From Candidatus Latescibacterota bacterium (GTDB taxonomy: Bacteria; Latescibacterota; UBA2968), in NCBI GenBank assembly GCA_965204375.1, contig OZ241986.1, forward strand, positions 3,584,001 through 3,648,000: DNA of 64,000 bases, written 5' to 3'. A program made the position numbers and the translations under genes. The notes beneath the pieces are model-generated. The model was given only the letters and a program-made list of their open reading frames with translations. It had not been told where the DNA came from and searched no databases. Position 1 is the stretch's first letter. Each line of letters opens with the position of its first letter. Below, one piece after another: positions 52,629-62,849 of the stretch.

Positions 52629-53858
52629 CTACGCATCCAACCACGCATCCTCAAACACCCGACATCCGACGCCCTCCTGCCCCATGGAACTGCATGCGTA
52701 GAGCGTAATGTACTGGGATTCATTGAGAGGACCAACAGTACTGTACGAAAAGGTCTCTGGCTCGATAACCCTGTGGCGCCAGGTCTGACCTTCGTCATCG
52801 CTAAAATAGATCGCCCCGCGCTGACGCTCGGAGGCGTGCTGGCGTTCGGATTCGGGCAGATCGGAACCATTGGGAATAGAAAACAGCAGACGCCTCCCGC
52901 CCCGGGCAAGTGTGCCGTGGCAAAGCACGCCGCTAATATCGACGAGAAAGGGCCGGGACCACGTCTTGCCACAATCAGTCGAAGTATGGGCAATGCGCTG
53001 CACAGGACCGGGGCGCACCTCCGAGCGGGGGACCTGAGCTTCAAGCATACCCCGTGAATTCAGCCTGCGGACGAGCAGCAACTCCTCACCGCGATTAATC
53101 GACACGGTAGAGGCTTCATTGGCCAAGTAATCTGTAATAAAGCCATCCACGCGCCAGGTCTCACCCTGATCATCGCTATAGATAACGGCAGAACCGGACT
53201 GGGGATGGTTGCGAAAATAATTCGTAACGACTTCTCCCTCGGGCACAACAGTAACAGGTCCACCCAGAACGTACCGCCCCTGATACGGACCCTGGGTAAT
53301 CGCGTGAACCTGCCCCACAGCGTTAAACATAATCAGCGTACCATCGGCATAGCGGTGATTCAGAGGCGACCGGTCTCCGAACAACGTCTCCATAGTCCAG
53401 GTATCGCCATCGTCATCTGAATCGAACCGGCAAAGAACCATAGGCGTATCGCGCCCCACAGCGTCGATATCGATACCGGACTGCGCCCGCATCACACCAT
53501 AGTCCTTGTCGTAAATATCCTCCGTACCTCGCAAATCGACCATGGACAGCACAGACACGCGCTCGCGTCCATCTCGATCGGAGAGATACGCAGACACCGC
53601 GTAGTGGTTGATCCGACCCGAAACGGCTCTCGCTGGCGACCACGTCGCGCCCCAATCGCTACTCCTGCTCGTCAGAATCACCTTCGGATCGTCGTCGCGG
53701 CCTCCGCGCAACCTCCCCTGACAAAAGGCAATCAACACGCCGTCGCGCGTGACAACGTACGACGGCTGAAACGTGCGACACACCACCTCACCGTGTACCT
53801 CAAAACCCGGCTCAAAAGCCAGCGTCCGTTCACTCAATCCGTTTTTAAGCTTTCTCAT
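52629..53858 (-). CDS. Sialidase-like BNR/Asp-box beta-propeller protein
   Basis: Asp boxes SSDWGATW, SDDDGDTW, SDDQGETW, STDCGKTW, SDDEGQTW. Confidence 0.8.
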   Translation of the reverse strand: MRKLKNGLSERTLAFEPGFEVHGEVVCRTFQPSYVVTRDGVLIAFCQGRLRGGRDDDPKVILTSRSSDWGATWSPARAVSGRINHYAVSAYLSDRDGRERVSVLSMVDLRGTEDIYDKDYGVMRAQSGIDIDAVGRDTPMVLCRFDSDDDGDTWTMETLFGDRSPLNHRYADGTLIMFNAVGQVHAITQGPYQGRYVLGGPVTVVPEGEVVTNYFRNHPQSGSAVIYSDDQGETWRVDGFITDYLANEASTVSINRGEELLLVRRLNSRGMLEAQVPRSEVRPGPVQRIAHTSTDCGKTWSRPFLVDISGVLCHGTLARGGRRLLFSIPNGSDLPESERQHASERQRGAIYFSDDEGQTWRHRVIEPETFSYSTVGPLNESQYITLYACSSMGQEGVGCRVFEDAWLDA

Positions 53859-53878
53859 ACGGTCTTCTCCTGAATACC

Positions 53879-55378
53879 TTATCCAGATCCTCCATCGCGA
53901 AACCGCAGCGAATAGAGGCCCACGTTCTTGAGGTAGAAGCGGAGGAACACAGGCCTGCCCACGAGTTCGGCCATATCCTGCTTGTTTTTCCACGTCACTT
54001 TGTGCTCGACAAGGTCAACAGCCTGTGTGGTGCAGTCGGCAAGGGTGAAACCGGGCACGGGACTCGGGGCACCGCTCTCACCGAATCGCAGCACCTCGAC
54101 AGAGAATTCGGGCGGAACAATCGCCGTAGCCGGATCGCTGTTATAACCGTCGGCCACGGTCGTATTGACGATCAGTTCCGGTGCGGCAACAACCATTTCG
54201 CGGGTGAGCAGGAAGCCACCCGTGTGCGCACCCATCTGCGCGACGAATCGATCCCGGAGGAATTGCGCCCGGCCGATGCCCGAGACATTGTTCCTGTTGC
54301 CCTGTGCCTGGCCGTGGCGGGATCCGCGATAGTAGATAAAATCCGTATTTCCCATGCTCACAATGCCTCCGGCTCCCGAGGTGGAACCCGAGTCGAAGGC
54401 GTCGGAGCCGCCATGGGGAAGATATACAGACCGGTCGGGCAGCATATTCCAGTGCAGGCCATCTCTGCTAAACGCCAGATGCAGATGGAAGGCCATGTGC
54501 GGCGGCGGCCCCATCATTCCGACAAAGCCGATGAAATGGCTGCCTACCCGAGAAACCACCATGTGGTCGATATCCGGATCATCTATTTCTTCCGGCCACA
54601 TCACCACCCGGGGCTGGCCAAAATCATACGGCGTCTCCCCGACCATCACCGCTGTGCGGCGCTTGAAGTTGTGCTCCGTCGGTCCACCCGGAACATCCCC
54701 AACGCCAGCGGTACACACGGGCCGCGTAAACATCAGCCAGCGCTCTCGAACAGGGTCGAACACCATGTTTTGCCATGTGTCCCGCAGGCCAATGAAAGCC
54801 GGGTTCGATGGGTCCTCCCGCCAGTGAATCCCATCATCCGAATAAGCCAGACACAGACATCCATAGCCCTCGGCCAGATTGTCCTTGTAAGTCATCAGAA
54901 AACGGCTCTGCTGCACGCCACCGAGGGGGTTCCACATCACGCGCACCCCCTGGGCCTTTTGCTGTCCCGTGACCACCACATTGGTCCTCTCATATTGTCC
55001 ATAAGGCTTGCCTTCTATCATCGGCTTGTCCCAGTGTACCCCGTCCGTACTTTCGGCATAGCAGACAAAATAGGGATACCCGTGCCGATCCGCCTGCCAG
55101 TCTTTGAAGCGGAACTGGTGCATCCACGCGTTCCAATCGGTCCCGGCATACCACATGCGGAACACACCGGCTTCGTCGTCGTAAATCACATTTTGCTGAC
55201 CCACCGAATCTTCCCACGGCCTATCGGGCATGAGCACGGGGTTGTGTGGATCCTTAATCGGCACATTCAGCACACGACTTACCCCCCAGCGGTCTTCCAC
55301 CGTGGCATTGTCGATCAGCAATACGGTTTCCGTACCAACCTCAAGTGGCTCCCCTGCGCAGTAGGATTCCAGATTCAT
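53879..55378 (-). CDS. Glycoside hydrolase-like five-bladed beta-propeller (GH32/43/130-like) hypothetical protein
   Basis: NPVL, FRMWY, YAESTDGVHWDKP, SDDGIHW, SRDGLHW, FD-x-G, C-terminal LYSLRF. Confidence 0.7.
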   Translation of the reverse strand: MNLESYCAGEPLEVGTETVLLIDNATVEDRWGVSRVLNVPIKDPHNPVLMPDRPWEDSVGQQNVIYDDEAGVFRMWYAGTDWNAWMHQFRFKDWQADRHGYPYFVCYAESTDGVHWDKPMIEGKPYGQYERTNVVVTGQQKAQGVRVMWNPLGGVQQSRFLMTYKDNLAEGYGCLCLAYSDDGIHWREDPSNPAFIGLRDTWQNMVFDPVRERWLMFTRPVCTAGVGDVPGGPTEHNFKRRTAVMVGETPYDFGQPRVVMWPEEIDDPDIDHMVVSRVGSHFIGFVGMMGPPPHMAFHLHLAFSRDGLHWNMLPDRSVYLPHGGSDAFDSGSTSGAGGIVSMGNTDFIYYRGSRHGQAQGNRNNVSGIGRAQFLRDRFVAQMGAHTGGFLLTREMVVAAPELIVNTTVADGYNSDPATAIVPPEFSVEVLRFGESGAPSPVPGFTLADCTTQAVDLVEHKVTWKNKQDMAELVGRPVFLRFYLKNVGLYSLRFRDGGSG

Positions 55379-55390
55379 GTCTCAACTCCT

Positions 55391-56731
55391 CTAATCAAAA
55401 GGCTGCTCCGCGTGATAAATCTCCCGATCCGCCTCCAGAAGAAACGAGCCGTCTGCCTGTTTAATCCACTGCGGAACATCGGAATGACCTTCTCTATTCG
55501 GCACAAACCCCATCAAAATGGGATCATCTGTCTCCTCGAGAAACGCGGTTAATTGCCCCTCCAGATCATCGCGAACCTTTGAAAAACGCGGATCATCTGC
55601 AACATTATTCAACTCATACGGATCGTCTGCCAAACTGTAAAGCTCCCGATCCGGTGCCGGTTTTGAAAAAAGCGCCTGAACAATCTCTCGTCTGTTCTGA
55701 AAACGATTCACCCACCCATTATCGACATAATTTGGCACCCGCGCAAAATTGCGAATCAGCTTGAACTGCTCTGACCGAACGCACCGCATCGGCGTGTAAT
55801 ACCAGTTCCCAGAACGCCGCCCCCAGGTCTGCTCGGCAAACACCACAGACCGGCCAGCCCAACCCGCACCGGAAAACAACCCCCGAAAACTCCGACCCAG
55901 AATACCATCCGGTTTCTCCAGACCACACAAATCCATCACCGTCGGCAGCAGGTCCATGTTGCTAATCAAATCGCCATACACAGTTCCAGCAACAATCTCA
56001 GACGGGCACCTCATAAGCAAAGTCGTACGGATACCCGCATCATAAAGCGTATGCTTTGCCCGCGCAGTCGCCACCCCGTGTTCGGTAGTAAACACCACAA
56101 CGGTCTCATCCGCCAGCCCACGATCATCAAGTGCATTCAAAATCCGCCCCACTTTTTTATCCAACTCTCCAATCTGCCGACACAACGCCGCGAGATCTTT
56201 ACGCACCTCCGAACAATCGGGCAGATCCGGCGGCACATCCATTCTCTCCGCAAGCTCTGGATCGTAATCCAGACCAAAAGGTCTATGTACTTCCGAGAAA
56301 GAGACCTGCAAAAAAAAGGGACACTTGATAGACGAGGCTTCTTCTCGCAAAAAACGTTCAGCCAACACTTCCACACCAGCCTTCCCCGCCAGCACACGCG
56401 AAAAACCCGCCCAGGATGGATCATTCAAAATCATCAACCGGTTGCTCAGCACCGTCTCATAGCCCGCATCCTGAAAATAACGCGCCATGCACACCGCATC
56501 ATCCGCATAGGGAAATTGTCCCCACACACCGATCATGTGCGGCATCTGACTGCAATACAAGCCAACGCGACTGGGAATACAGATGGGTGCCGTCGCGATA
56601 AATTGCGTAAACCGAGCACCCTGAGAAGCCAACCGATCCAGATTCGGCGTTGATACATCGGGCCGGTCATAACAACCGAGCCAATCGCCCAGATCGTGAC
56701 AGTCGATAAACACAACATTGGGTTGTTTCAT
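55391..56731 (-). CDS. Sulfatase (Cys-type, N-sulfoglucosamine sulfohydrolase-like)
   Basis: QPNVVFIDCHDLG, CIPSR, VHRPF, AKHTLYDAG. Confidence 0.88.
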   Translation of the reverse strand: MKQPNVVFIDCHDLGDWLGCYDRPDVSTPNLDRLASQGARFTQFIATAPICIPSRVGLYCSQMPHMIGVWGQFPYADDAVCMARYFQDAGYETVLSNRLMILNDPSWAGFSRVLAGKAGVEVLAERFLREEASSIKCPFFLQVSFSEVHRPFGLDYDPELAERMDVPPDLPDCSEVRKDLAALCRQIGELDKKVGRILNALDDRGLADETVVVFTTEHGVATARAKHTLYDAGIRTTLLMRCPSEIVAGTVYGDLISNMDLLPTVMDLCGLEKPDGILGRSFRGLFSGAGWAGRSVVFAEQTWGRRSGNWYYTPMRCVRSEQFKLIRNFARVPNYVDNGWVNRFQNRREIVQALFSKPAPDRELYSLADDPYELNNVADDPRFSKVRDDLEGQLTAFLEETDDPILMGFVPNREGHSDVPQWIKQADGSFLLEADREIYHAEQPFD

Positions 56732-56882
56732 ACTATGCTCCTCTATCTCATCAAAGACCTGAAATTGCCACATTGCACATCTTGTAAAAACAAAATGTGA
56801 GTAACCAGTATGCACAATTTTCAGGTTGTTGCATTAACCTCGGTATAGACACACAATAATATAAGCCTTTTGTGTAATAATA

Positions 56883-56910
56883 TTGACAAAAAACTATAAA
56901 TAGATATACT
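56883..56910 (+). promoter_or_regulatory. sigma70 promoter for abiEi, possibly leaderless transcript
   Basis: TTGACA (56883-56888) -16- TATACT (56905-56910); ATG 7 nt downstream. Confidence 0.5.
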
Positions 56911-56917
56911 TTGACAC

Positions 56918-57523
56918 ATGTCTAAAAATTCACCTGAAAATCAAGTCCTGGAACTGGCACAGCAAGGACTCTTGAGAGTTTGCGATCTGACTTCCCGGGG
57001 CCTTCATCCCGAATATCTGCGACGGCTGTATCAGAAAGGACTGGTGCGACGGGAGGGAAGAGGCCTGTACATTGCAGCCAATGCCGAGATTTCGGTACAC
57101 TATGGTCTGGCGCAAGTAGCAAAGCGCATTCCTCACGGAGTGATTTGTCTGCTGTCAGCTTTGAGCTTTCACGAAATTGGCACACAGCTACCGCACCAGG
57201 TCTGGATAGCCATTGACCGCAGAGCAGCGAAGCCAAAGATGCAATTTCCTCCTCTGAGAGTGATGCGGTTCTCCGGTACTGCACTGACTGAAGGGGTCGA
57301 AACGTATCGGATTGAGGGCGTTCCCGTTCAGATTTTTAACCCCGCCAAAACAGTTGCAGACTGCTTCAAATACCGCAACAAAATCGGTCTGGACGTCGCG
57401 CTTGAAGCATTGAAAGAATGCATTCGCGACCGTCGCACCACAATGGACGACCTCTGGCATTTCGCACAAATCTGTCGAATGACCAACGTGATGCGGCCCT
57501 ATATGGAAGCTATGGTGGCATGA
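56918..57523 (+). CDS. abiEi: AbiEi-family antitoxin (type IV TA)
   Basis: RGLY, GVICLLSALSFHEI, PAKTVADCFKYRNKIGLDVALEAL. Confidence 0.9.
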   Translation: MSKNSPENQVLELAQQGLLRVCDLTSRGLHPEYLRRLYQKGLVRREGRGLYIAANAEISVHYGLAQVAKRIPHGVICLLSALSFHEIGTQLPHQVWIAIDRRAAKPKMQFPPLRVMRFSGTALTEGVETYRIEGVPVQIFNPAKTVADCFKYRNKIGLDVALEALKECIRDRRTTMDDLWHFAQICRMTNVMRPYMEAMVA

Positions 57524-57624
57524 AAAGAGCGCGTCCCAAAAACCTGCCTGTATCCATCCATCAGCGACTTTTAAACCTGAGCAAAGAAAAAAGGGAAGAG
57601 CCTACGGAATCTCGAACTTTCTGA
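57520..57624 (+). pseudogene. abiEii: Truncated AbiEii toxin (first ~27 codons only)
   Basis: ATGA-coupled MKRARPKNLPVSIHQRLLNLSKE, the usual AbiEii N-terminus, then unrelated sequence and a stop. Confidence 0.7.
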
Positions 57625-57645
57625 GAACTGTGAAAAAATTCAAGA

Positions 57646-57674
57646 TTGACATATACTGAACATATGTATATTAT
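57646..57674 (+). promoter_or_regulatory. sigma70 promoter for the methyltransferase operon
   Basis: TTGACA (57646-57651) -17- TATTAT (57669-57674). Confidence 0.55.
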
Positions 57675-57828
57675 ACCAGGAAACTATGATAGCACAATAG
57701 CTTCGAGGTCACTATTGTCTTGCGAGTAGCTTATTCTTATCTTGTGGCTGTAAGTTTTTTGAAAATAATTCGTTGGAGAAAATACTGGAGGCGGTTTAGA
57801 ATACTTAAGTAGCCGCGGAGACTATGCT

Positions 57829-59127
57829 ATGGGGAAAAGGGGTAAGAACAAGGACAACAAAGATCCAAATCTTTTTATTGATCTGTTTGCAGGTTGCGGG
57901 GGGTTGTCTCTTGGACTCATGCTCGCTGGCTGGAAAGGGCTATTTGCAATAGAAGGAAATAGGGATGCATTTGAAACACTTAGCCATAACCTGATTAATG
58001 GCAACCGTGACATGTGTTATGAGTGGCCATATTGGTTACCTAAAAAAGCCTACGAGATAAATGCCTTCATAAAGGAGTATAGAAGTCAAATCTCCAAGTT
58101 GCGGAACAAGGTCTTACTCATTGCCGGTGGTCCTCCTTGTCAGGGGTTTTCCTTATATGGTAAACGAAACAAAACAGATCCTAGAAATTGGTTGTTTCGG
58201 CATTATCTCGATATAATAAAATTGGTAAAACCTTCCTTTATTCTTTTGGAAAACGTGAGAGGTATAGATGTAGAATTCGGAAAAAAAAGACGGCAGACCA
58301 CAAATAAAAACGGTGTTGGACGACCACCAAAGTCGTTTTCCAAACTTATTAAGGAATGTCTTGAAGGTGATTACGAAATCCATGCGGGACTCATCAAGGC
58401 AGTAGACTTCGGTGTACCGCAGTTGCGTCCACGCTATATTATGCTGGGAATTGATAGAAATCTCTTGAAGGGTAACAATACACAAATTGATCCATTTGAA
58501 CTGATTGAAGATTATAGGCTATCGTTTCTCAATGAAAAAAAACTTCCGATAGACAGACCTGTCAATGTAAAAGAAGCTATTTCAGATCTGGAGACACACG
58601 GTAAGGCATTAATCGACTGCGTTGATTCCCCCAGATTTAAGCAGATTGATTATGATTCTCCCCAAACATATTATCAAGAGTTACTGCACGGTAATCTTAA
58701 CGGCGTCGCACCAAATAGTCTCAGATTACCTAAGCATAGAGATAAAACTGTCAAGCGATTTTCAACAATACTCAACACCTGTAGACGTGGAGTTCAGCTA
58801 TCCCAGGAGGATAGAGAGCGTCTCGGTATCAAAAAGCAACGAATCGTTGCCCTGAACGAAAAACGACCCTCCCATACAATTACCACATTACCGGATGATA
58901 TTCTGCATTACTCCGAACCCAGGATTTTGACCGTAAGAGAGTCCGCACGCTTACAATCCTTTCCCGATTGGTTTGCCTTTAAAGGAAACTACACCACAGG
59001 AGGTCATAGGCGTGTTAAGGATTGTCCACGCTATACTCAGGTAGGAAATGCTGTGCCTCCGTTCATTGCCGAAATATTGGGCAAAGTTGTGAGTGAAATG
59101 ACTGAACGACTGTTACCGACCAATTGA
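57829..59127 (+). CDS. dcm: DNA (cytosine-5)-methyltransferase
   Basis: DLFAGCGG, GGPPCQGFS, LLENV, PQLRPR, RLQSFPD, QVGNAVPP. Confidence 0.95.
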   Translation: MGKRGKNKDNKDPNLFIDLFAGCGGLSLGLMLAGWKGLFAIEGNRDAFETLSHNLINGNRDMCYEWPYWLPKKAYEINAFIKEYRSQISKLRNKVLLIAGGPPCQGFSLYGKRNKTDPRNWLFRHYLDIIKLVKPSFILLENVRGIDVEFGKKRRQTTNKNGVGRPPKSFSKLIKECLEGDYEIHAGLIKAVDFGVPQLRPRYIMLGIDRNLLKGNNTQIDPFELIEDYRLSFLNEKKLPIDRPVNVKEAISDLETHGKALIDCVDSPRFKQIDYDSPQTYYQELLHGNLNGVAPNSLRLPKHRDKTVKRFSTILNTCRRGVQLSQEDRERLGIKKQRIVALNEKRPSHTITTLPDDILHYSEPRILTVRESARLQSFPDWFAFKGNYTTGGHRRVKDCPRYTQVGNAVPPFIAEILGKVVSEMTERLLPTN

Positions 59128-61271
59128 TGATTGGTATTTCTTCTGAAAGAATTCTCATGCCTAAAAACAAGAACCCCTGGATTGAAAAATTACTGTCTTG
59201 GCACGGACACGATCAAGGTGGGGTAAGTGTACCCTTTAATGACCGTGGGGGAAATCCTCTTCGAGACGAACATGGTGATCCCGAAGTTATCGAAACAAAT
59301 CTAATAAAAAGGCTGAGAGATTTAGCACGAGATATCGCGGAAGGGACAGAAGCACCCAGATGGATTTTCCTCGTGGGTGGCCCGGGCAACGGGAAATCTG
59401 AGGCAGTTCAGGAATTTCTTTATACCCTCGATAGGGAACTTCAATGTGATGGAAAACTGGTTGGGATTCTTAAACAAAAATTCTCTCCTGCTCCACTTGT
59501 CCCATGGAATGTGGAAGTCAACAGTGATGATTCTGGCCTACCCGCTCTCTTCAAAGAAAAAATACAAAGATTGATTGTTGTGCAAGATGCATCCGCAAGT
59601 AACAATCCTCGTTCTGACGCAGCTAATGAGATAGTTAATAAAATTGCAGATTTGGCGACGCATCCCCCATCTCTGCTCCTACCTGTATTCATTTGTTGTA
59701 TCAATAGGGGACTACTAGCCAGAGCTCTCACAGTTGCTCACAAAGTCTGGGGTTCAGGCAATGAAGTGGTTAGGATCATTGAGGCCTTGATCGAAGCTAC
59801 TGCGATGAGACAAGAAACCTTATCAGAAAACAAAGATAGACCTCCATGTTGGCCCTTAAATCTGGACATATCTGAGGTAGAAAAACAGGTATGCTGTTGG
59901 CCGCTTGACGTCGAAAGCTTGCTTCTCCCAGAGAATCATGGTGGATCCAGCATTTCGCCCGTGGAACAAATAATAGAAAAAGCGATTGTGGAGAATGAAT
60001 GGGAAGTATCTGGACGCTGTGCAGATTGCGATAGCGCAGATCTGTGCCCATTTCGACAAAATGCAATCTGGTTAAGGAATGAGGAAACAAGAGACAATCT
60101 ACTTTCAATTCTGCGCCGTGGAGAATTGGCTATTTCTCAGCGATGGAATTTTCGTGACACATTTTCCCTAATTGCGGGAACTCTTGTTGGGAATTGGAAT
60201 GATTTCGCTGAATTTGATCATCCCTGCGAATGGGTTCACGAAAAGGTAGTAAGTATTTGTCAGCAGGTGCAAACACGGCCTGAAAAGGCGGTTGCTCCTA
60301 CGATTGCACTTGTTTCGCGTTTGTATCCCAATGCTATGTTTCCAGTACCTATGTTCTTGAACTTACAAGAAAAAAATCTCACAGAAAAAATAACTCTTGA
60401 GGTAAAAAACAGTATTACCTTACTGGAAAAACAGCCTCAGACCCACATTCAAAACTTACTCAGGCATTCCATATCACCGAGGTTAGATCCTGCATTTCTT
60501 TCTCCTCTCAAAGAGGATCATCCAATTAGAAAACTTGAGAATAGTTATAGCCAATCGGTAGAAATCGGAAACCAGAGCTGGGATAGCTGTTCGGGTATGA
60601 GCAAGGTAGAGAGTATTTTTTTTACTTTACTAAAAAGTGCAGAGGATGAATGGGACCCACTCAGTCGTGAATCAGCCCAGATTCTAGAAGTCCTCAGATT
60701 TTTAGGGGTTGTAGGCGTTTCCTTAGCGAAACGATCCGTGGGGGCAAGATTAGGTTATCATACAAATGAGGATTACCTATTAGACTACGAGGCAGTTATT
60801 CGCGATGAAGATGCTCTTTACGATTTGACTCAAGAGTTGAGGTCGTTACTTGGCGCAGGAGGATTCCATTTTAACGCATTAGAGAGCTTTGGACAACCAC
60901 GGTCGGAAGATGATTGGTTAATTGCACTCCGGGGAGATACCATGCCAATCGCCCCTATAACACCTGCTCCAATGGGAGGGCGCGATCTACCGGCGCATGA
61001 TTTTCCATTCATTAAAATAGTGAATTATTCTATACCACTTACATTCGACTTGTATATGGCACTAAGACTCAGACAGGACGGATGTGAAAGTAGCAGTTTA
61101 CCGGCAAGTGTTCGTGCTGCAATTGACCGTATTCGGCACCTACATGCCGGGCAACTTTGTCGTGACCAAGAGGCTTTTGTTAACGGGAAAGTCTTTTACG
61201 AAATAAAAGACTATGGAAAAATAGATTTACCCCGAGAAGGGGAATCTCCCAGACTAAGAGAAATGAGATAG
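59127..61271 (+). CDS. P-loop NTPase, DndF/DptF-like
   Basis: FLVGGPGNGKS, VVQDAS, CINRGLL, C-x-x-C-x5-CPF; TGATG-coupled to dcm. Confidence 0.62.
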   Translation: MIGISSERILMPKNKNPWIEKLLSWHGHDQGGVSVPFNDRGGNPLRDEHGDPEVIETNLIKRLRDLARDIAEGTEAPRWIFLVGGPGNGKSEAVQEFLYTLDRELQCDGKLVGILKQKFSPAPLVPWNVEVNSDDSGLPALFKEKIQRLIVVQDASASNNPRSDAANEIVNKIADLATHPPSLLLPVFICCINRGLLARALTVAHKVWGSGNEVVRIIEALIEATAMRQETLSENKDRPPCWPLNLDISEVEKQVCCWPLDVESLLLPENHGGSSISPVEQIIEKAIVENEWEVSGRCADCDSADLCPFRQNAIWLRNEETRDNLLSILRRGELAISQRWNFRDTFSLIAGTLVGNWNDFAEFDHPCEWVHEKVVSICQQVQTRPEKAVAPTIALVSRLYPNAMFPVPMFLNLQEKNLTEKITLEVKNSITLLEKQPQTHIQNLLRHSISPRLDPAFLSPLKEDHPIRKLENSYSQSVEIGNQSWDSCSGMSKVESIFFTLLKSAEDEWDPLSRESAQILEVLRFLGVVGVSLAKRSVGARLGYHTNEDYLLDYEAVIRDEDALYDLTQELRSLLGAGGFHFNALESFGQPRSEDDWLIALRGDTMPIAPITPAPMGGRDLPAHDFPFIKIVNYSIPLTFDLYMALRLRQDGCESSSLPASVRAAIDRIRHLHAGQLCRDQEAFVNGKVFYEIKDYGKIDLPREGESPRLREMR

Positions 61272-61275
61272 GAAA

Positions 61276-62814
61276 ATGCCACTCCAAGATTTTTATGACT
61301 TGCTGTGGACAAAAGAACATGGTGCCTACGATAAGTCGATTCTTCGTCCGGTTGCACCGGAGTATACGACTGGTGAAGTACTCCTAGGAGCGACTTACCG
61401 AAAACTTCTCCTGGGACAACAAGAAGCAAACGTAGACTTGAATGAGATCGATACGCTTCCTGATAAGTTAGCACCTCAACAGCAGGCTTGGAAGTCCATT
61501 CTTAAGTCGAGAGAAGGATTGGCAAGTCCATCCTTATCTGGTCAGAGAAGTACTCCTCCACCGCAGTTGATGCCACTGGTGCCAGAAATCGCGCGTTATG
61601 GATGTGTATTAGGTGGAAGACCAAGAAGTAGATGGGACCCAGGTAATCTTTTGTTATCTACATTAGGATCAGGTCTAGGTCCTAATGGGATTGAATCCAT
61701 TATAGAACGCTTGAGGGAGGTCTTGGCAATTACCGATCAAGAAGATGTGTTTGCAAAATTTGTAGAAAACTCACTGGATGAAATCGCAGATGGACCTAAA
61801 GATGATCTGCTGTCACTTGATAATTTAGAAGCACTGGCCTGGAGAGCTTCCAACGACCTAATACGGACACCGGCTGAACAATTTTCCGAGGATCTTAATA
61901 GTATAATAGGGTTGAAAGAGCATTTGACACGTCGGCAGTGGACCGTGTTACTTGAAGCATTACTAAGAATTGGACTTGCAACTCACATGCTGTGGCTATG
62001 TCGTGCAAACAAGGTTGTATGGCACATGGTCCTGAAAGTTCTCGGCTCTGATACCCCTGCGCCTGATGCATTGGCTATAGAAAAGCAATGTTGGGAAGGA
62101 CATGACAATATTGATCCCTTGTTGGAACTCGGTCGTGACGGTATACCTTTTATAAAGAAAAGACTCCAAGAATTTATCCAGGCAAGGTTAGGATTAAATC
62201 TTTTGCTACATGCATTGGAAGATGCTGACCATAGTTGGCCAAATCCCATTGGAGTTTCCCCAGATAAAAACCCTCAACCTGCTCCTGAATTGATAGCAGC
62301 ATTCTTGAGCCATGTTGAGAGCCACAAATCGTCCATACAACAGATCGTTCAACAAACGCTCCACGAACCGTCCCTACGTAACGCAGCACAAACAATCGCC
62401 GATTCTAATCCTCGGCTCCTCGGCTCTCAGTCGGGTCCAACTAAGAATCTATACGAGTTCTTACGCTATAGCCTTAGGCAATTACAACCTATGGAGTCAG
62501 AGATGAGCTCGTATGATCAGTCTTACGTTTTATATAAAAAAAATAGAAGGCAGAACAATTCACCCTGGCCCGTCCAACCAGGCCCTGCAGCATTGATCAT
62601 GCTTGTCCACTCTTGCTGCAAATCATTAGGAAGAGTGCCTGCAAGCATTGATTACTTTAGAAATTATTTGGCAAATTATGGAATCTTGGCACCGGCCGGA
62701 GAATTGCAGGGTGGCCAGACAGGTAGAGACCTAGAGCGACTTGGGCTTGTCGTTGATAGCCCAGATGCAGGGGGAGGCCGTCTGCTGGTTTATCCTTTTA
62801 AGAGATCAGCATAA
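61276..62814 (+). CDS. Hypothetical protein, DndG/DptG-like
   Basis: Helical protein with C-terminal LERLGLVVDSPDAG, comparable to the S-x-D-S/A-G end of DptG; 4 bp after the previous gene. Confidence 0.5.
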   Translation: MPLQDFYDLLWTKEHGAYDKSILRPVAPEYTTGEVLLGATYRKLLLGQQEANVDLNEIDTLPDKLAPQQQAWKSILKSREGLASPSLSGQRSTPPPQLMPLVPEIARYGCVLGGRPRSRWDPGNLLLSTLGSGLGPNGIESIIERLREVLAITDQEDVFAKFVENSLDEIADGPKDDLLSLDNLEALAWRASNDLIRTPAEQFSEDLNSIIGLKEHLTRRQWTVLLEALLRIGLATHMLWLCRANKVVWHMVLKVLGSDTPAPDALAIEKQCWEGHDNIDPLLELGRDGIPFIKKRLQEFIQARLGLNLLLHALEDADHSWPNPIGVSPDKNPQPAPELIAAFLSHVESHKSSIQQIVQQTLHEPSLRNAAQTIADSNPRLLGSQSGPTKNLYEFLRYSLRQLQPMESEMSSYDQSYVLYKKNRRQNNSPWPVQPGPAALIMLVHSCCKSLGRVPASIDYFRNYLANYGILAPAGELQGGQTGRDLERLGLVVDSPDAGGGRLLVYPFKRSA

Positions 62815-62849
62815 GAACACATGTTTGTAGATTCTTCGAGGTTAGACTA

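Noticed and set aside
54002-55552. 516-aa ORF on the + strand
   Set aside because: Antisense shadow of the GC-rich GH-like gene; Arg/His-rich with no motifs.
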